A program made the translations under genes and the position numbers. Positions 1 through 9,955 of a stretch of DNA of 64,000 bases are shown here, in pieces. The DNA comes from Bacillales bacterium UBA5026. GTDB taxonomy: Bacteria; Bacillota_I; Bacilli_A; RF39; UBA660. The notes beneath the pieces are model-generated. The model worked only from the letters and a program-made list of their open reading frames with translations, was not told where the DNA came from and ran no database searches. Within the stretch, counting starts at the first letter, position 1, and each line of letters begins with the position of its first letter. The stretch spans positions 274-64,273 of the forward strand of contig DICM01000034.1 of the NCBI GenBank assembly GCA_002416285.1. The letters run 5' to 3'.

Positions 1-531
1 ACCGTCATTATAAATCGGTTCAAACATACTAATTGTATCCTTCGTCGAGTCAATCGCATTCGTAATTTCATATTCTGTTTTTCCGAGTTGATCTGCAATC
101 ATCTTAATTGTTGGTTCCTGGCCTAATTCATTCGTTAATTGTTCCTTTACACGCAGTGCCTGATAGGCCATATCCTTTGTGCTTCTCGCAACTCGTACAC
201 TACTACTATCCCGTAGATAACGCCTTATTTCTCCTAAAATCATCGGTACTGCATAGGTACTAAATCGAACCTCATGACTGAGATCAAAATTATCGATCGC
301 CTTAATAAGACCAATACAACCGACTTGAAAAAGATCATCCATATTATCTGTTCGATTGGTAAATTTTTTTAAAATACTAAGGACTAATTTTAAATTTCCC
401 TGAATCAAATCATCTTTTGCAAAAGAATCTCCTTTTTGTAATTTTTTAAATAATTCTATTTGTTCTTCGTTTGTTAAAACTTTAATATTCGCAGTATTCA
501 CGCCACAAATTTCCACTTTATGACGTGCCAT
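1..531 (-). CDS. sigG: Sporulation sigma factor, SigG-like (3' end runs off the window)
   Basis: Reverse translation from the ATG at 531 gives MARHKVEICGVNTANIKVLTNEE...DDLFQVGCIGLIKAIDNFDLSHEVRFSTYAVPMILGEIRRYLRD. This matches the N-terminus and region 2 pattern of Bacillus SigG as I recall it. A ylmC/ymxH-like gene follows. Confidence 0.8.
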   Translation of the reverse strand, partial: MARHKVEICGVNTANIKVLTNEEQIELFKKLQKGDSFAKDDLIQGNLKLVLSILKKFTNRTDNMDDLFQVGCIGLIKAIDNFDLSHEVRFSTYAVPMILGEIRRYLRDSSSVRVARSTKDMAYQALRVKEQLTNELGQEPTIKMIADQLGKTEYEITNAIDSTKDTISMFEPIYNDG

Positions 532-624
532 AGAAATCTCCTTTCTAACCTATTATGAACATTGGTAGAAACTTTATACATCTATTTTTACCTTTTTTTA
601 CATATAGTACAGTAGGGTGGTTGT

Positions 625-855
625 ATGCGATTGTCTGATCTACAAAACAAAAATATTATTAATATTGAAGACGGAAAATTAATTGGAACAATTATAGATG
701 TTTTAATTGATAAAGAAGGATTAACACAATCTTTGATTGTTCAAAAGAGCAAATTTTTTGCTAGTTTTTTACCATCATCAACCGAAGTAGAAATCAAATG
801 GAAACAGATAAAAAAAATAGGGGAAGATGTAATTTTAGTCAGCATGTCACTTTAA
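625..855 (+). CDS. YlmC/YmxH-family PRC-barrel sporulation protein
   Basis: 76 aa. The N-terminus MRLSDLQNKNIINIEDGKLIGTIIDVLID is typical of the YlmC/YmxH family, and the gene sits next to sigG. Confidence 0.7.
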   Translation: MRLSDLQNKNIINIEDGKLIGTIIDVLIDKEGLTQSLIVQKSKFFASFLPSSTEVEIKWKQIKKIGEDVILVSMSL

Positions 856-903
856 TTGCTTGTTTTTTAAAGCAGTTTTTGTTACAATTAAAGCGGTGAG
901 AAT

Positions 904-1932
904 ATGAAAGTATTACTTTATACTGAAGGTATGAAAACAATTGGAAAATCTGGACTTGGAAAGGCAATTCAACATCAGATTCGCGCTTTAGAATCAAATG
1001 GAATTACCTATACAACTGATTCAAAAGAGAAAGGTTTCGATATTGCTCATATCAATTTTTATGGGCCAAAATCATTTTTACTTGCACGTAAATTAAAAAG
1101 ACAAGGAATTAAAATCATATACCATGCTCATTCAACGGAAGAAGATTTTAAAAATTCATTTATTTTTTCAAATCAACTTTCACCTCTTTTTAAGTGGTGG
1201 ATTTGTAAATGCTACAATCTAGGAGACAGTATTATTACACCAACTATCTATTCTAAAAAATTGCTTACGAACTACGGAATTAAAAGGCCTATTTATGCTA
1301 TCTCAAATGGAATTGATACAAAATTTTTTGAACGTGATGTAGAGCTTGGAAAAAACTTTAGAGAAACGTATCACTATTCTGATGAAGATAAAGTGGTTGT
1401 TGGTATTGGTTTGTATATTGAGCGAAAAGGGATTTTGGATTTTGTCGAAATGGCGAAGCGACTCCCTCAATATAAATTTATTTGGTTTGGCTCAAGTCCT
1501 TTATCCGCATCGCCTCAAAAGATTCGTGATGCTGTACATACAAAGTTACCAAATTTAGTCTTTGCTGGATATGTAGAACAAAAGATGATTCATGCAGCAC
1601 TTTCTGGAGCGAATTTATTCTTTATGCCGACACAAGAAGAAACCGAAGGAATTCCTATTATGGAAGCTAGTATCTCTAAAATACCAACCCTTATCCGTGA
1701 TATTCCTATCTTCGAGGATTGGTTTAAGGACAATGTCGATATTTATAAAGGTAAGACACTCGATGAATTTGAAAGCAAAATTCAACAAATATTAGAGGGT
1801 CAAATTCCAAATTTAGTAGATAATGCCTATCATGTTGCGAAAAAAAGAGACGTGAAAATTGCAGGTGAACAATTAATCACTGCTTATACTGAAACATTAG
1901 ATGGAACTCAACAACCAGATAAAATTAATTAA
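904..1932 (+). CDS. Family 4 (GT-B) glycosyltransferase, possibly a glycolipid synthase
   Basis: 342 aa. The C-terminal half has the GT4 pattern (FFMPTQEETEGIPIMEA, an EX7E-like motif). Confidence 0.75.
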   Translation: MKVLLYTEGMKTIGKSGLGKAIQHQIRALESNGITYTTDSKEKGFDIAHINFYGPKSFLLARKLKRQGIKIIYHAHSTEEDFKNSFIFSNQLSPLFKWWICKCYNLGDSIITPTIYSKKLLTNYGIKRPIYAISNGIDTKFFERDVELGKNFRETYHYSDEDKVVVGIGLYIERKGILDFVEMAKRLPQYKFIWFGSSPLSASPQKIRDAVHTKLPNLVFAGYVEQKMIHAALSGANLFFMPTQEETEGIPIMEASISKIPTLIRDIPIFEDWFKDNVDIYKGKTLDEFESKIQQILEGQIPNLVDNAYHVAKKRDVKIAGEQLITAYTETLDGTQQPDKIN

Positions 1933-1975
1933 TCACAGAAATGTGATTTTTTATTTTTATGAACCATGATATAAT

Positions 1976-3010
1976 ATGATTGGTGATAATATGCAGAAAC
2001 AAATTAACAAAGGTATTTGGATCGCCGCTTTATTCTTAATGATTGTATTGATCAGTGTTATCGTATATCGATCTAACAATAGTTTAAAAGTGGTAACAAA
2101 AAATATCTTTTATATGGACACACAGATTTATATTAAACTTTACGGAAAAAATGAAAAAAAACTAAATGACGCCCTTCTACAAGTAGAAAATCTCTATAAG
2201 GAATACCATCAATTAACCGATCGTTATCAAAGTTATGATAATGTCATTAATCCATATTATATCTATCATAATAGTGATCAGTCAGACACTTTAACAATTG
2301 ATGAGAAACTTTATGCAGTTCTCAAATTAGCCCAAATGTGGCATGAAAAAAATAATTTATTTGATATTACAATTGGAAATGTCATCGATGTATGGAAGAA
2401 ATACCGCGAAGCTGGAACTGGTATTCCTACCGAAGAAGAGTTGGCATCAGCAAACAGTCAAAAAAAGGAATTAGTTCTTTTAGACGATTATGCAATTAAA
2501 AACAACCATGTAAGTATTGATCTAGGAAGTGTCGCAAAAGGTTATACGACCGAAGAGGCAGGAAAACTATTAAAAAAATTAGGAATTTCTACTTATTTAA
2601 TCAATGCTGGTGGGAATGTAATTGTTGGTGATTCTTATAATAAAAAAGATTATACAATCGGAATTGAAGATCCAACAAACAATCAAAAAGATATCTTTAC
2701 TGTTGTTCATGGGAAAAATATCAGTGTTGTGACGAGTGGAGGATATGAGCGTTTTTATGAATACAATGGTCAAAAATACCATCACATCATCAATCCTATA
2801 ACACTCTATCCTAGTTCTTATAGTAAAAGTGTAACGGTCATTACAAAGAATAGCGCTAAAGCAGATATACTCTCTACTATTTTATTTCTTCTTCCTATTG
2901 ATGAAGGTATGTCTCTAGTGGAAAGCCTAGATGATACAGAAGCGATTTGGTATACAGAGGATAACTTAATCGTCCGTTCTTCAGGAATGAAAAACTATGA
3001 AACGAAATGA
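1976..3010 (+). CDS. apbE: FAD:protein FMN transferase (ApbE family)
   Basis: 344 aa with an N-terminal membrane anchor. It shows ApbE-type motifs (DLGSVAKGY, GGNVIV, SGGYERF, HHIINP). The start could instead be the ATG at 1991, because a TGaTATAAT box lies at 1966-1974. Confidence 0.8.
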   Translation: MIGDNMQKQINKGIWIAALFLMIVLISVIVYRSNNSLKVVTKNIFYMDTQIYIKLYGKNEKKLNDALLQVENLYKEYHQLTDRYQSYDNVINPYYIYHNSDQSDTLTIDEKLYAVLKLAQMWHEKNNLFDITIGNVIDVWKKYREAGTGIPTEEELASANSQKKELVLLDDYAIKNNHVSIDLGSVAKGYTTEEAGKLLKKLGISTYLINAGGNVIVGDSYNKKDYTIGIEDPTNNQKDIFTVVHGKNISVVTSGGYERFYEYNGQKYHHIINPITLYPSSYSKSVTVITKNSAKADILSTILFLLPIDEGMSLVESLDDTEAIWYTEDNLIVRSSGMKNYETK

Positions 3011-3350
3011 TTTAATTTTAATAGGGATCGTTTTAGTAAGCTCCCTTGCACTATTATTTTTTCCTAAAAAAAGTGGAGATACAGCAATTGTAACACATCA
3101 AGGAAAAGAGGTTTTAACAATCGATTTACGGCAAAAAGAAGAAAAAGACTATGAAGTTACCGGAACCAATGGAACTGTTAAAATTCATATACGGGATGGA
3201 AAAATAAAAGTTAATGAGGAGAATAGTCCGTTGCATTTATGCTCAAAGCAAGGATATATTGAGAAAGCAGGGGAGAGTATCGTCTGTTTACCTAATGAAG
3301 TTGTAATAGAAATCATTGGTAAGCAAGAGTTAGATACCGTTGTAAGGTGA
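2997..3350 (+). CDS. NusG domain II-like (DUF1312) membrane-anchored protein
   Basis: 117 aa with an N-terminal TM. It overlaps the apbE stop and precedes a Gx-transporter-like gene, an arrangement I recall as recurrent. The call rests on context plus size. Confidence 0.55.
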   Translation: MKRNDLILIGIVLVSSLALLFFPKKSGDTAIVTHQGKEVLTIDLRQKEEKDYEVTGTNGTVKIHIRDGKIKVNEENSPLHLCSKQGYIEKAGESIVCLPNEVVIEIIGKQELDTVVR

Positions 3351-3354
3351 TAGG

Positions 3355-3861
3355 ATGACAATAAAAAAAATAACACGTTTATCAATGCTACTTGCAATTT
3401 CGATTGTGTGCTCTATCATAGAATCTTTTTTCCCGGTGTTAAATGGAATGATACCCGGACTCAAACTTGGCTTAGCGAATCTTGCAATCTTAGTTACACT
3501 TGATCTTTACGGTGTAAAAGAGGCCTTTTTTCTTTCGATAACAAGAGTGATATTGGTGGCTCTTTTAAGAACAGGTCTATTTAACGTATCCTTTTTCTTC
3601 AGTTTATTTGGTGCAATTTTTAGTGTACTAATGATGTCACTCGCTTACAAGTCAAAGTTATTTTCATTTGTCGGAATTAGTATTGTCGGTTCGTTAAGTC
3701 ATAGTATTGGTCAAATAATAGCAGCAGTTCTGTTTTTAGGAGCAAACATGATTCACTATTTACCAGTACTCTTATTATTTGCCCTTCCGACTGGCTTTTT
3801 TATAGGAATTTTAAGTCAAAAGTTTTTAGAATATTCCGTCAACATCTTGAAAGAAGCATAG
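3355..3861 (+). CDS. Gx transporter / heptaprenyl-diphosphate-synthase-component-I-like polytopic membrane protein
   Basis: 168 aa with about 5 TM segments, tightly linked to the NusG-II-like gene. Confidence 0.55.
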   Translation: MTIKKITRLSMLLAISIVCSIIESFFPVLNGMIPGLKLGLANLAILVTLDLYGVKEAFFLSITRVILVALLRTGLFNVSFFFSLFGAIFSVLMMSLAYKSKLFSFVGISIVGSLSHSIGQIIAAVLFLGANMIHYLPVLLLFALPTGFFIGILSQKFLEYSVNILKEA

Positions 3862-3896
3862 AATATGTTATAATTAGAATAGGGAGAGGATTTAGA

Positions 3897-4352
3897 ATGA
3901 AAAAATTTGTTGTTTTGATGGTTTTACCAGTGTTACTTCTATTAACAGGCTGTGAAAAGGTAGCTGAAGGAAAATATAAAGAAGGAACTTACATGGGACA
4001 TGTAACCGATACTTATGGTGGTTCTAATCAAGCAATCGCAGTAATTCATGTCAGTAAAGAAGGATTGATTGATTCAGTATACTTAGATACTACTTATACC
4101 AAAGATGATGCTGTTACAACAAAGAAAGCGCTTGGAGATGACTACAATATGAAAGCTAATCCAGCGGTTACGAAAGAATGGTATGAACAAGTAGATTTAC
4201 TTGAAAAGGCTGTTATTAAAGAGCAAGGAATCGATTTTATCAATTGGACAGATAGTGAACAATCTAAAACAGATTCTATTAGTGGGGTAACGATTAAGAT
4301 TGATGCTTTGTACCGAGCTTTGGATAGTGCTCTAAAACTTGGGAAAAAATAG
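3897..4352 (+). CDS. FMN-binding-domain lipoprotein (likely ApbE substrate)
   Basis: Lipobox LLLTGC. The C-terminal DSISGVTIK matches the [ST]G[AV][TS] flavinylation motif of FMN_bind domains. Confidence 0.65.
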   Translation: MKKFVVLMVLPVLLLLTGCEKVAEGKYKEGTYMGHVTDTYGGSNQAIAVIHVSKEGLIDSVYLDTTYTKDDAVTTKKALGDDYNMKANPAVTKEWYEQVDLLEKAVIKEQGIDFINWTDSEQSKTDSISGVTIKIDALYRALDSALKLGKK

Positions 4353-4561
4353 GAGCGAAAGCTCTTTTTCAATATGCAGAAATGGATTATTACCTTATCC
4401 CCACACGAAAAGAAATGTTACTATCTATATCAATACGAACAGGCAAAAAAGAAGAATGACATCGTGTTGATGAATTATTATTTAACACTTTTGGAAGAAA
4501 TGAAGGAGAATTTCACAAAAGAATCACATTCATCTGTATAATATAACACAGGAGGGATTAA

Positions 4562-5230
4562 ATGAACGTATTAGTAGTAGATGATGAGGAAGGAATTCGT
4601 CTTGTCATTCGCGAGTATTTAGAGAATGAAGGGTATATTGTTAGTGAAGCCTGTAATGGAACTGAAGCAATTAACCTTGTTAAACAAAACGATTACGACC
4701 TCATTATTATGGATATTATGATGCCGGTTACAGATGGCTTTATGGCGGTAGAAGCGATTAATAAAATCAAACCAATACCTACCATTATGTTGTCTGCTAG
4801 AAAAGAAGAATATGATAAGTTAATGGGATTTGAACTTGGGGTCGACGACTATATGACAAAACCATTTAGTCCTAAAGAGTTAGTAGCTCGTGTTAAGGCG
4901 CTAATGAAAAGAGTCCACCCGTCTCACGGTGACTATTGGTCTTATCAAAATCTTCGGATTGATTTTAAAGCACATGCCGTATTTTTAGCAGATAAAGAGC
5001 TTTCGTTAACACCAAAAGAATATGATTTATTGGTATATTTTGTCGAAAATGAACATATAGCGCTTTCTAGAGAGATTTTGTTAAGTAAATTATGGGGATA
5101 TGATTTCTTTGGAGATGACCGAACAATTGATACACATATCAAAATGCTTCGCAACAATTTAGGACCTTATCGTGATTTGATTACCACGGTTAGGGGAGTA
5201 GGTTATAAATTTGAAATCACAGAAAAATAG
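4562..5230 (+). CDS. OmpR-family response regulator
   Basis: Receiver domain (VLVVDDEE, DLIIMDIMMP, KPF) plus a winged-helix C-terminus (LTPKEYDLL, VRGVGYKF). Confidence 0.9.
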   Translation: MNVLVVDDEEGIRLVIREYLENEGYIVSEACNGTEAINLVKQNDYDLIIMDIMMPVTDGFMAVEAINKIKPIPTIMLSARKEEYDKLMGFELGVDDYMTKPFSPKELVARVKALMKRVHPSHGDYWSYQNLRIDFKAHAVFLADKELSLTPKEYDLLVYFVENEHIALSREILLSKLWGYDFFGDDRTIDTHIKMLRNNLGPYRDLITTVRGVGYKFEITEK

Positions 5231-6611
5231 TCTAAAAGCGAAAGTATGGTTCTATCTAATTTTATTTTCATTCGCTATTTTAGCTTTTCTATGGTTTTTT
5301 CAAGTTGTATCAATTAATTCATTCTATGAATGGTCGAAACGAAAAGAATTAACAACGGTTGTCAATGAAGTATTCTCAGCTTATGCGAAAGATGACTTTG
5401 TATCATCATTAGATAAAATTTCTAGAGATTATGGAGTCTGTATCGAAGTATATAGCTATAATCAATATACCTATTTATCAAATGATTATGGTAGAGGTTG
5501 TATGGGAGATGGGAATTTATTTTCACTAAATCAATATAAACGCGAATTTATCGAAAGTAACAAAAGTGTACAGGGTTACATCTTTTCTAATCCAAAATTT
5601 GATAATAAATCTTATATGTATGCACTCAAACTAAATACATCAGAATATGCCTTTATCAACGTATCCTTAGTGCCACTTGATTCTACTATTAATATTCTAA
5701 AAAAACAGTTCATCTATGTTTCGATTGTGGTTCTATTACTTTCTTTAACAATTGCTTATTTTATTTCTAAAAAAATATCAAAACCAATTGAGAAAATGAA
5801 CAAATCAGCAAAACTCTTAGCAAAAGGAAACTATGATGTAACGTTTTCTACTAATGTTGATATCTCTGAAATACAAGAACTATCCAACACACTAAATCAA
5901 GCAAAAGATGAATTATCTAAAACAGAGGCTTTGCGAAGAGAATTTATGGCTAATGTAAGTCACGATCTTAAGACCCCACTTACAATGATCCGAGCATATG
6001 CGGAAATGGTTCGTGATTTAACTTATAAAAACAAACAAAAAAGAGATGAAAATTTAAATGTAATTATCAAAGAAGCGGATCGATTAAATATTTTAGTAAA
6101 TGATATATTAGAACTTACCAAGATTCAATCAAAAACACAACCATTGGAAATGGCAACATTCGAACTAAATGAATTCATAAAAGGAATTTTAAAACAATAT
6201 CGTATCTATGAAGAACAACAAGAATTTCAATTCATTTATTCTGGCGTTGAAAATGCTGTTGTCAAAGCAGATTTAAAACGAATCGAACAAGTAATCTATA
6301 ATTTAATCAATAATGCGATTAATTATACAGGTAAAGATAAAAAAATCTCAATTATAGTAACTGATGAGGATCCTTATTATCGCATTTCGGTAAAAGATAC
6401 TGGCAAAGGAATTAAAGAAGAAGATATTCCACATATTTGGGATAAATATTATAAAGTGGATAAAAATTATTCTAGAGTTTCAATTGGAACGGGAATTGGA
6501 TTATCAATCGTCAAAAGTATTTTAGAACAACACCAATTTCCATACGGTGTCATATCGAAAAGAGGAAAAGGAACTAGTTTCTATTTTCTGATTAAAAAGG
6601 ATCAAGGATAA
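5211..6611 (+). CDS. Sensor histidine kinase
   Basis: Two TM segments, HAMP, H-box (FMANVSHDLKTPLT), N-box (NLINNAINYT) and G-boxes (DTGKGI, GTGIGLSIV). TTG start overlaps the regulator gene. Confidence 0.9.
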   Translation: MKSQKNSLKAKVWFYLILFSFAILAFLWFFQVVSINSFYEWSKRKELTTVVNEVFSAYAKDDFVSSLDKISRDYGVCIEVYSYNQYTYLSNDYGRGCMGDGNLFSLNQYKREFIESNKSVQGYIFSNPKFDNKSYMYALKLNTSEYAFINVSLVPLDSTINILKKQFIYVSIVVLLLSLTIAYFISKKISKPIEKMNKSAKLLAKGNYDVTFSTNVDISEIQELSNTLNQAKDELSKTEALRREFMANVSHDLKTPLTMIRAYAEMVRDLTYKNKQKRDENLNVIIKEADRLNILVNDILELTKIQSKTQPLEMATFELNEFIKGILKQYRIYEEQQEFQFIYSGVENAVVKADLKRIEQVIYNLINNAINYTGKDKKISIIVTDEDPYYRISVKDTGKGIKEEDIPHIWDKYYKVDKNYSRVSIGTGIGLSIVKSILEQHQFPYGVISKRGKGTSFYFLIKKDQG

Positions 6612-6632
6612 AAGTACTCAGGTACTTTTTTT
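6610..6632 (+). terminator. Rho-independent terminator after the kinase gene
   Basis: 7-bp stem AAAGTAC/GTACTTT, loop TCAG, then a T-run. Confidence 0.65.
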
Positions 6633-6709
6633 CTTCACTCTTTTTTCACGATTCTTTCTTATTACTTTCACAAAAAATATCTATACTGTTTATTGAAAGG
6701 AGAATAAAC

Positions 6710-8149
6710 ATGTATATTTTAAAAAATGCTTGGATAAATGTGAAACGTGCAAAAGGAAGAAATTTACTAATTGGAATTATTATTACAATTGTAACATTAG
6801 CTGCCTGTATTGCTCTTGCAATTTATCATTCTGCATCCACTTTAGTCAAACATTATCAAGAAACAAATTCCTTAGAAATCACATTTGCAATTGATCGAAT
6901 GGGATTCCGTGAGAATAGAGAATCCAACACTGAACTAACAATTGAGCCTTTAAACGAGGAGTTGATTGCTAAAATCGGAGATTCTGATTATATTAGTAGC
7001 TACTATTATACGATGGAGGGAAGTGCTTCTTCCAATCAAATTACAGCGGTTACAGACAATTTTTTTGGCAATAAAGGGGACTCAAATACTGAAAACTCTA
7101 AGAATACTTCTGAAAAATTTATTAGTAGAGGTGGAATGAATATTGGAGACTATCGTTTTACTGCATATTCTGATGTTTCTTATCTCGATTCCTTTTTAAC
7201 TGGTACAAGTAAAATTACTTCTGGATCGTTCTTTACGAATGATGAAGTGGAACCAGTTATGGTAATCAGTGAAGAACTCGCGAATGAAAATAATCTAGCC
7301 GTAGGAGATACCGTTACCTTTTATACGACAGATAGTACGAATACCTTTACCTTAACAATTGTTGGAATCTATTCTACCACTGAAGATACTAGTAGTGATA
7401 ACTTTATGGGAATGAGCGCCATGAACGTTGGCAATCAAATTTATACCAATTTATCTACTATGAATACATACTTTAGTACAGATAATAATAAAAACCAGCT
7501 AAGTCCAAAATTTTATTTAAAAACAGCTTCCGATTATGACGCTTTTGTGGCAGAAGCGAAAGAAAAGGGACTTAGTGAATATTATACCGCTACATCTAAT
7601 TTGGATACACTAATGGAACAACTAGAGCCTATTAGTAATGTAAGTAACTTTTCAATGATTTTTCTGGTAATCATTTTAATCGTAGGTGGAGTGGTTATTG
7701 CTATTATTAATTCCATTCAAATTCGCGAACGAAAATATGAAGTTGGAGTTATGCGAGCAATTGGAATGAGTAAAAGAAAAGTAATTATGCAATTTTTATC
7801 AGAAATTTGTATTGTTGCTATTTTGTCTTTACTAATTGGATCGACGAGTGGAACCCTTCTATCTCAACCAGTTACAAATCAATTATTACAATCCGAAATC
7901 AGTAAACAACAAGAAAGTGTTGATGATCGAAATACGAATTTCGGAAGAACAAACATGGATCGTGGAAGCTTTAGCATAGGGAACAATCCTAAAATAACTT
8001 ATATAGACTCACTTGATGTACAAGTATCTTTTGGAACTGTTATGGGAATATTTGGAATAAATTTAGTTCTTATTATGATTGGTGGATTGATTTGTGCTAT
8101 ATTTATTAATCAATATGAACCAAATAAAATTCTACAGAATCGAACATAG
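6710..8149 (+). CDS. ABC transporter permease, FtsX/MacB type
   Basis: N-terminal TM, large extracytoplasmic domain, and a C-terminal 3-TM FtsX-like module. The next gene encodes a MacB-type ATPase. Confidence 0.8.
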   Translation: MYILKNAWINVKRAKGRNLLIGIIITIVTLAACIALAIYHSASTLVKHYQETNSLEITFAIDRMGFRENRESNTELTIEPLNEELIAKIGDSDYISSYYYTMEGSASSNQITAVTDNFFGNKGDSNTENSKNTSEKFISRGGMNIGDYRFTAYSDVSYLDSFLTGTSKITSGSFFTNDEVEPVMVISEELANENNLAVGDTVTFYTTDSTNTFTLTIVGIYSTTEDTSSDNFMGMSAMNVGNQIYTNLSTMNTYFSTDNNKNQLSPKFYLKTASDYDAFVAEAKEKGLSEYYTATSNLDTLMEQLEPISNVSNFSMIFLVIILIVGGVVIAIINSIQIRERKYEVGVMRAIGMSKRKVIMQFLSEICIVAILSLLIGSTSGTLLSQPVTNQLLQSEISKQQESVDDRNTNFGRTNMDRGSFSIGNNPKITYIDSLDVQVSFGTVMGIFGINLVLIMIGGLICAIFINQYEPNKILQNRT

Positions 8150-8160
8150 GAGGTGAATCG

Positions 8161-8814
8161 ATGAATATTTTAACATTGGAACATGTCAATTATTCTTATG
8201 ACGGAATAAAAGATGTTTTAAAAGATATCACGCTTTCTTTTGAAACTGGTAAAGTTTACGGAATATTTGGAAAAAGTGGAGCAGGGAAAAGTACACTTCT
8301 TTCTATCATGGCTGGTCTTGAACGTTATCAAACTGGTAGTATTAAATATCGTGGCAAAGAATTAAAAGCATGGAATTACGACAACTATCGTGGAAATGAA
8401 ATTGGTATTATTTTCCAAAGTTATAACTTACTTCCACATTTAAATGCTTTAGAAAATATCATTTTGTCAATGAATATCAGCCGAAAAAAAGAGACAAACC
8501 CAAAAGAAAAGGCGATACAATTACTCAAAAAGGTTGGGATTGATGAGGAACAAGCAAAAAGACCTATCTTACAACTCTCTGGTGGAGAACAACAACGCGT
8601 AAGCATTGCTAGAGCTCTTTCTTATGATGCAGAGTTGTTATTTGCCGATGAACCAACGGGAAATTTAGATAAAGATACCGAAGAAGATATATTAAATATT
8701 TTTTCAGATTTAGCGCACAAAGAAGGGAAGTGTGTCATTATTATTTCTCACTCACATCGCGTAAAAGAACTAGCAGATATCGTATATGAATTAAAGAACG
8801 GAAAAGTAGAATAA
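8161..8814 (+). CDS. ABC transporter ATP-binding protein
   Basis: Walker A GKSGAGKST, signature LSGGEQQR, Walker B LLFADEPT. Confidence 0.92.
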   Translation: MNILTLEHVNYSYDGIKDVLKDITLSFETGKVYGIFGKSGAGKSTLLSIMAGLERYQTGSIKYRGKELKAWNYDNYRGNEIGIIFQSYNLLPHLNALENIILSMNISRKKETNPKEKAIQLLKKVGIDEEQAKRPILQLSGGEQQRVSIARALSYDAELLFADEPTGNLDKDTEEDILNIFSDLAHKEGKCVIIISHSHRVKELADIVYELKNGKVE

Positions 8815-8958
8815 ACCTCCGTTTTTTCTTTTTTCTCTTGCTGGTTACTCTGAAATGGTGTAAAATAGAGGAGTATTATCAATAAAACTAATTCACTTGT
8901 TACTTTCGCTTTTGGATGTACCATATGGTGAGAAAATTAAATTGTAGGAGTTGTTGGT

Positions 8959-9903
8959 ATGGTATATTTATTTTATGGAACAGAACCATTTTTTATCAAA
9001 AAAGAAATAGAAAAAATAATAAAAAAATACAATTTTGATGCAATACAATGTAGTGAATATGATCTCGAGAATGATTTTCTTGAAAACGTTATAGAAGATG
9101 CAGAAACAATCTCTCTATTTGATTCTAGAAAGTTAATTGTTGCTAGTAACGCTAATTTTTTAACAGGTACTACAGTTAAAAAAGGTATTGAACAAAATAT
9201 GGTAGTATTAGAAAACTACTTAGATCATCCTAATCCTGATTCTATTTTAATTTTTTTAGTAGAAAAAGAGAAGTTAGACGACCGAAAAAAAATTGTAAAA
9301 AAATTAAAGCAAATTGCAACAGTAAAAGAATTTAATCAAGTTGCAAACATTGAAGAAACTATTCAAACTTTCTTTTCTCCTTATATCATTAAAAGAAATG
9401 ATTTAAAATTATTAATTGATCGTGTTGGTAATAATCTCATGATTTTACACCAAGAAGTAGAGAAAATAAAGATTTATAAAGGTGACAGTTTAGAGATCAC
9501 AGAACAGGATATCCTAGAACTAACTACTAAAAATATCGATACAGATCTATTTCATTTCATCGAAAATATTGTTGATCACAAATTAGAACAGGCTTTAGAA
9601 AGTTATCATGAAATGATTCATTTAGGAGAAGAACCTATTAAAATAATTATTCTGCTAGCAAATCAGTTTCGTTTAATTTATCAGGCAAAACAATTGTATC
9701 GTCAAGGATACAGTGAAAAGGATATCGCAAGTGAGTTAGAGATTCATCCATATCGTATTAAACTTGCTTTACAGAAAGGTAGAACATTTACCGATGATAT
9801 TCTATTAGATTATTTAAATAAATTAGCAGATCTAGATTATAGCATTAAATCCGGAAAAATAGATAAAGAAATCGGGCTAGAATTATTTTTAATTGAGTCT
9901 TAA
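8959..9903 (+). CDS. holA: DNA polymerase III delta subunit
   Basis: 314 aa. N-terminus VYLFYGTEPFFIKKEI and overall length fit HolA of Bacillota. Confidence 0.75.
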   Translation: MVYLFYGTEPFFIKKEIEKIIKKYNFDAIQCSEYDLENDFLENVIEDAETISLFDSRKLIVASNANFLTGTTVKKGIEQNMVVLENYLDHPNPDSILIFLVEKEKLDDRKKIVKKLKQIATVKEFNQVANIEETIQTFFSPYIIKRNDLKLLIDRVGNNLMILHQEVEKIKIYKGDSLEITEQDILELTTKNIDTDLFHFIENIVDHKLEQALESYHEMIHLGEEPIKIIILLANQFRLIYQAKQLYRQGYSEKDIASELEIHPYRIKLALQKGRTFTDDILLDYLNKLADLDYSIKSGKIDKEIGLELFLIES

Positions 9904-9927
9904 GTATAGAAGAATCTATACTTTTTT
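9902..9927 (+). terminator. Terminator after holA
   Basis: 9-bp stem AAGTATAGA/TCTATACTT, loop AGAA, then a T-run. Confidence 0.7.
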
Positions 9928-9932
9928 ATATG

Positions 9933-9955
9933 AAAAAAACTATCTTTCGATAGTT
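9933..9955 (-). terminator. Terminator after the pilus ATPase gene
   Basis: 7-bp stem AACTATC/GATAGTT with a T7 run on the minus strand, abutting the stop codon. Confidence 0.6.

Noticed and set aside
532-624. Forespore-type (sigma-F/G) promoter in the sigG-ylmC intergenic region (GAACA-17-CATCTAT)
   Set aside because: Both elements deviate from the GnATR / CATnnTA consensus at key positions, so the match is too weak to report as a feature.
4374-4544. Possible 56-aa ORF (MQKWIITLSPHEKKCYYLYQYEQ...) in the gap before the response regulator
   Set aside because: There is no Shine-Dalgarno sequence upstream of its ATG and no recognisable motif. The gap is more simply the promoter/leader of the two-component operon. 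I left it unannotated.
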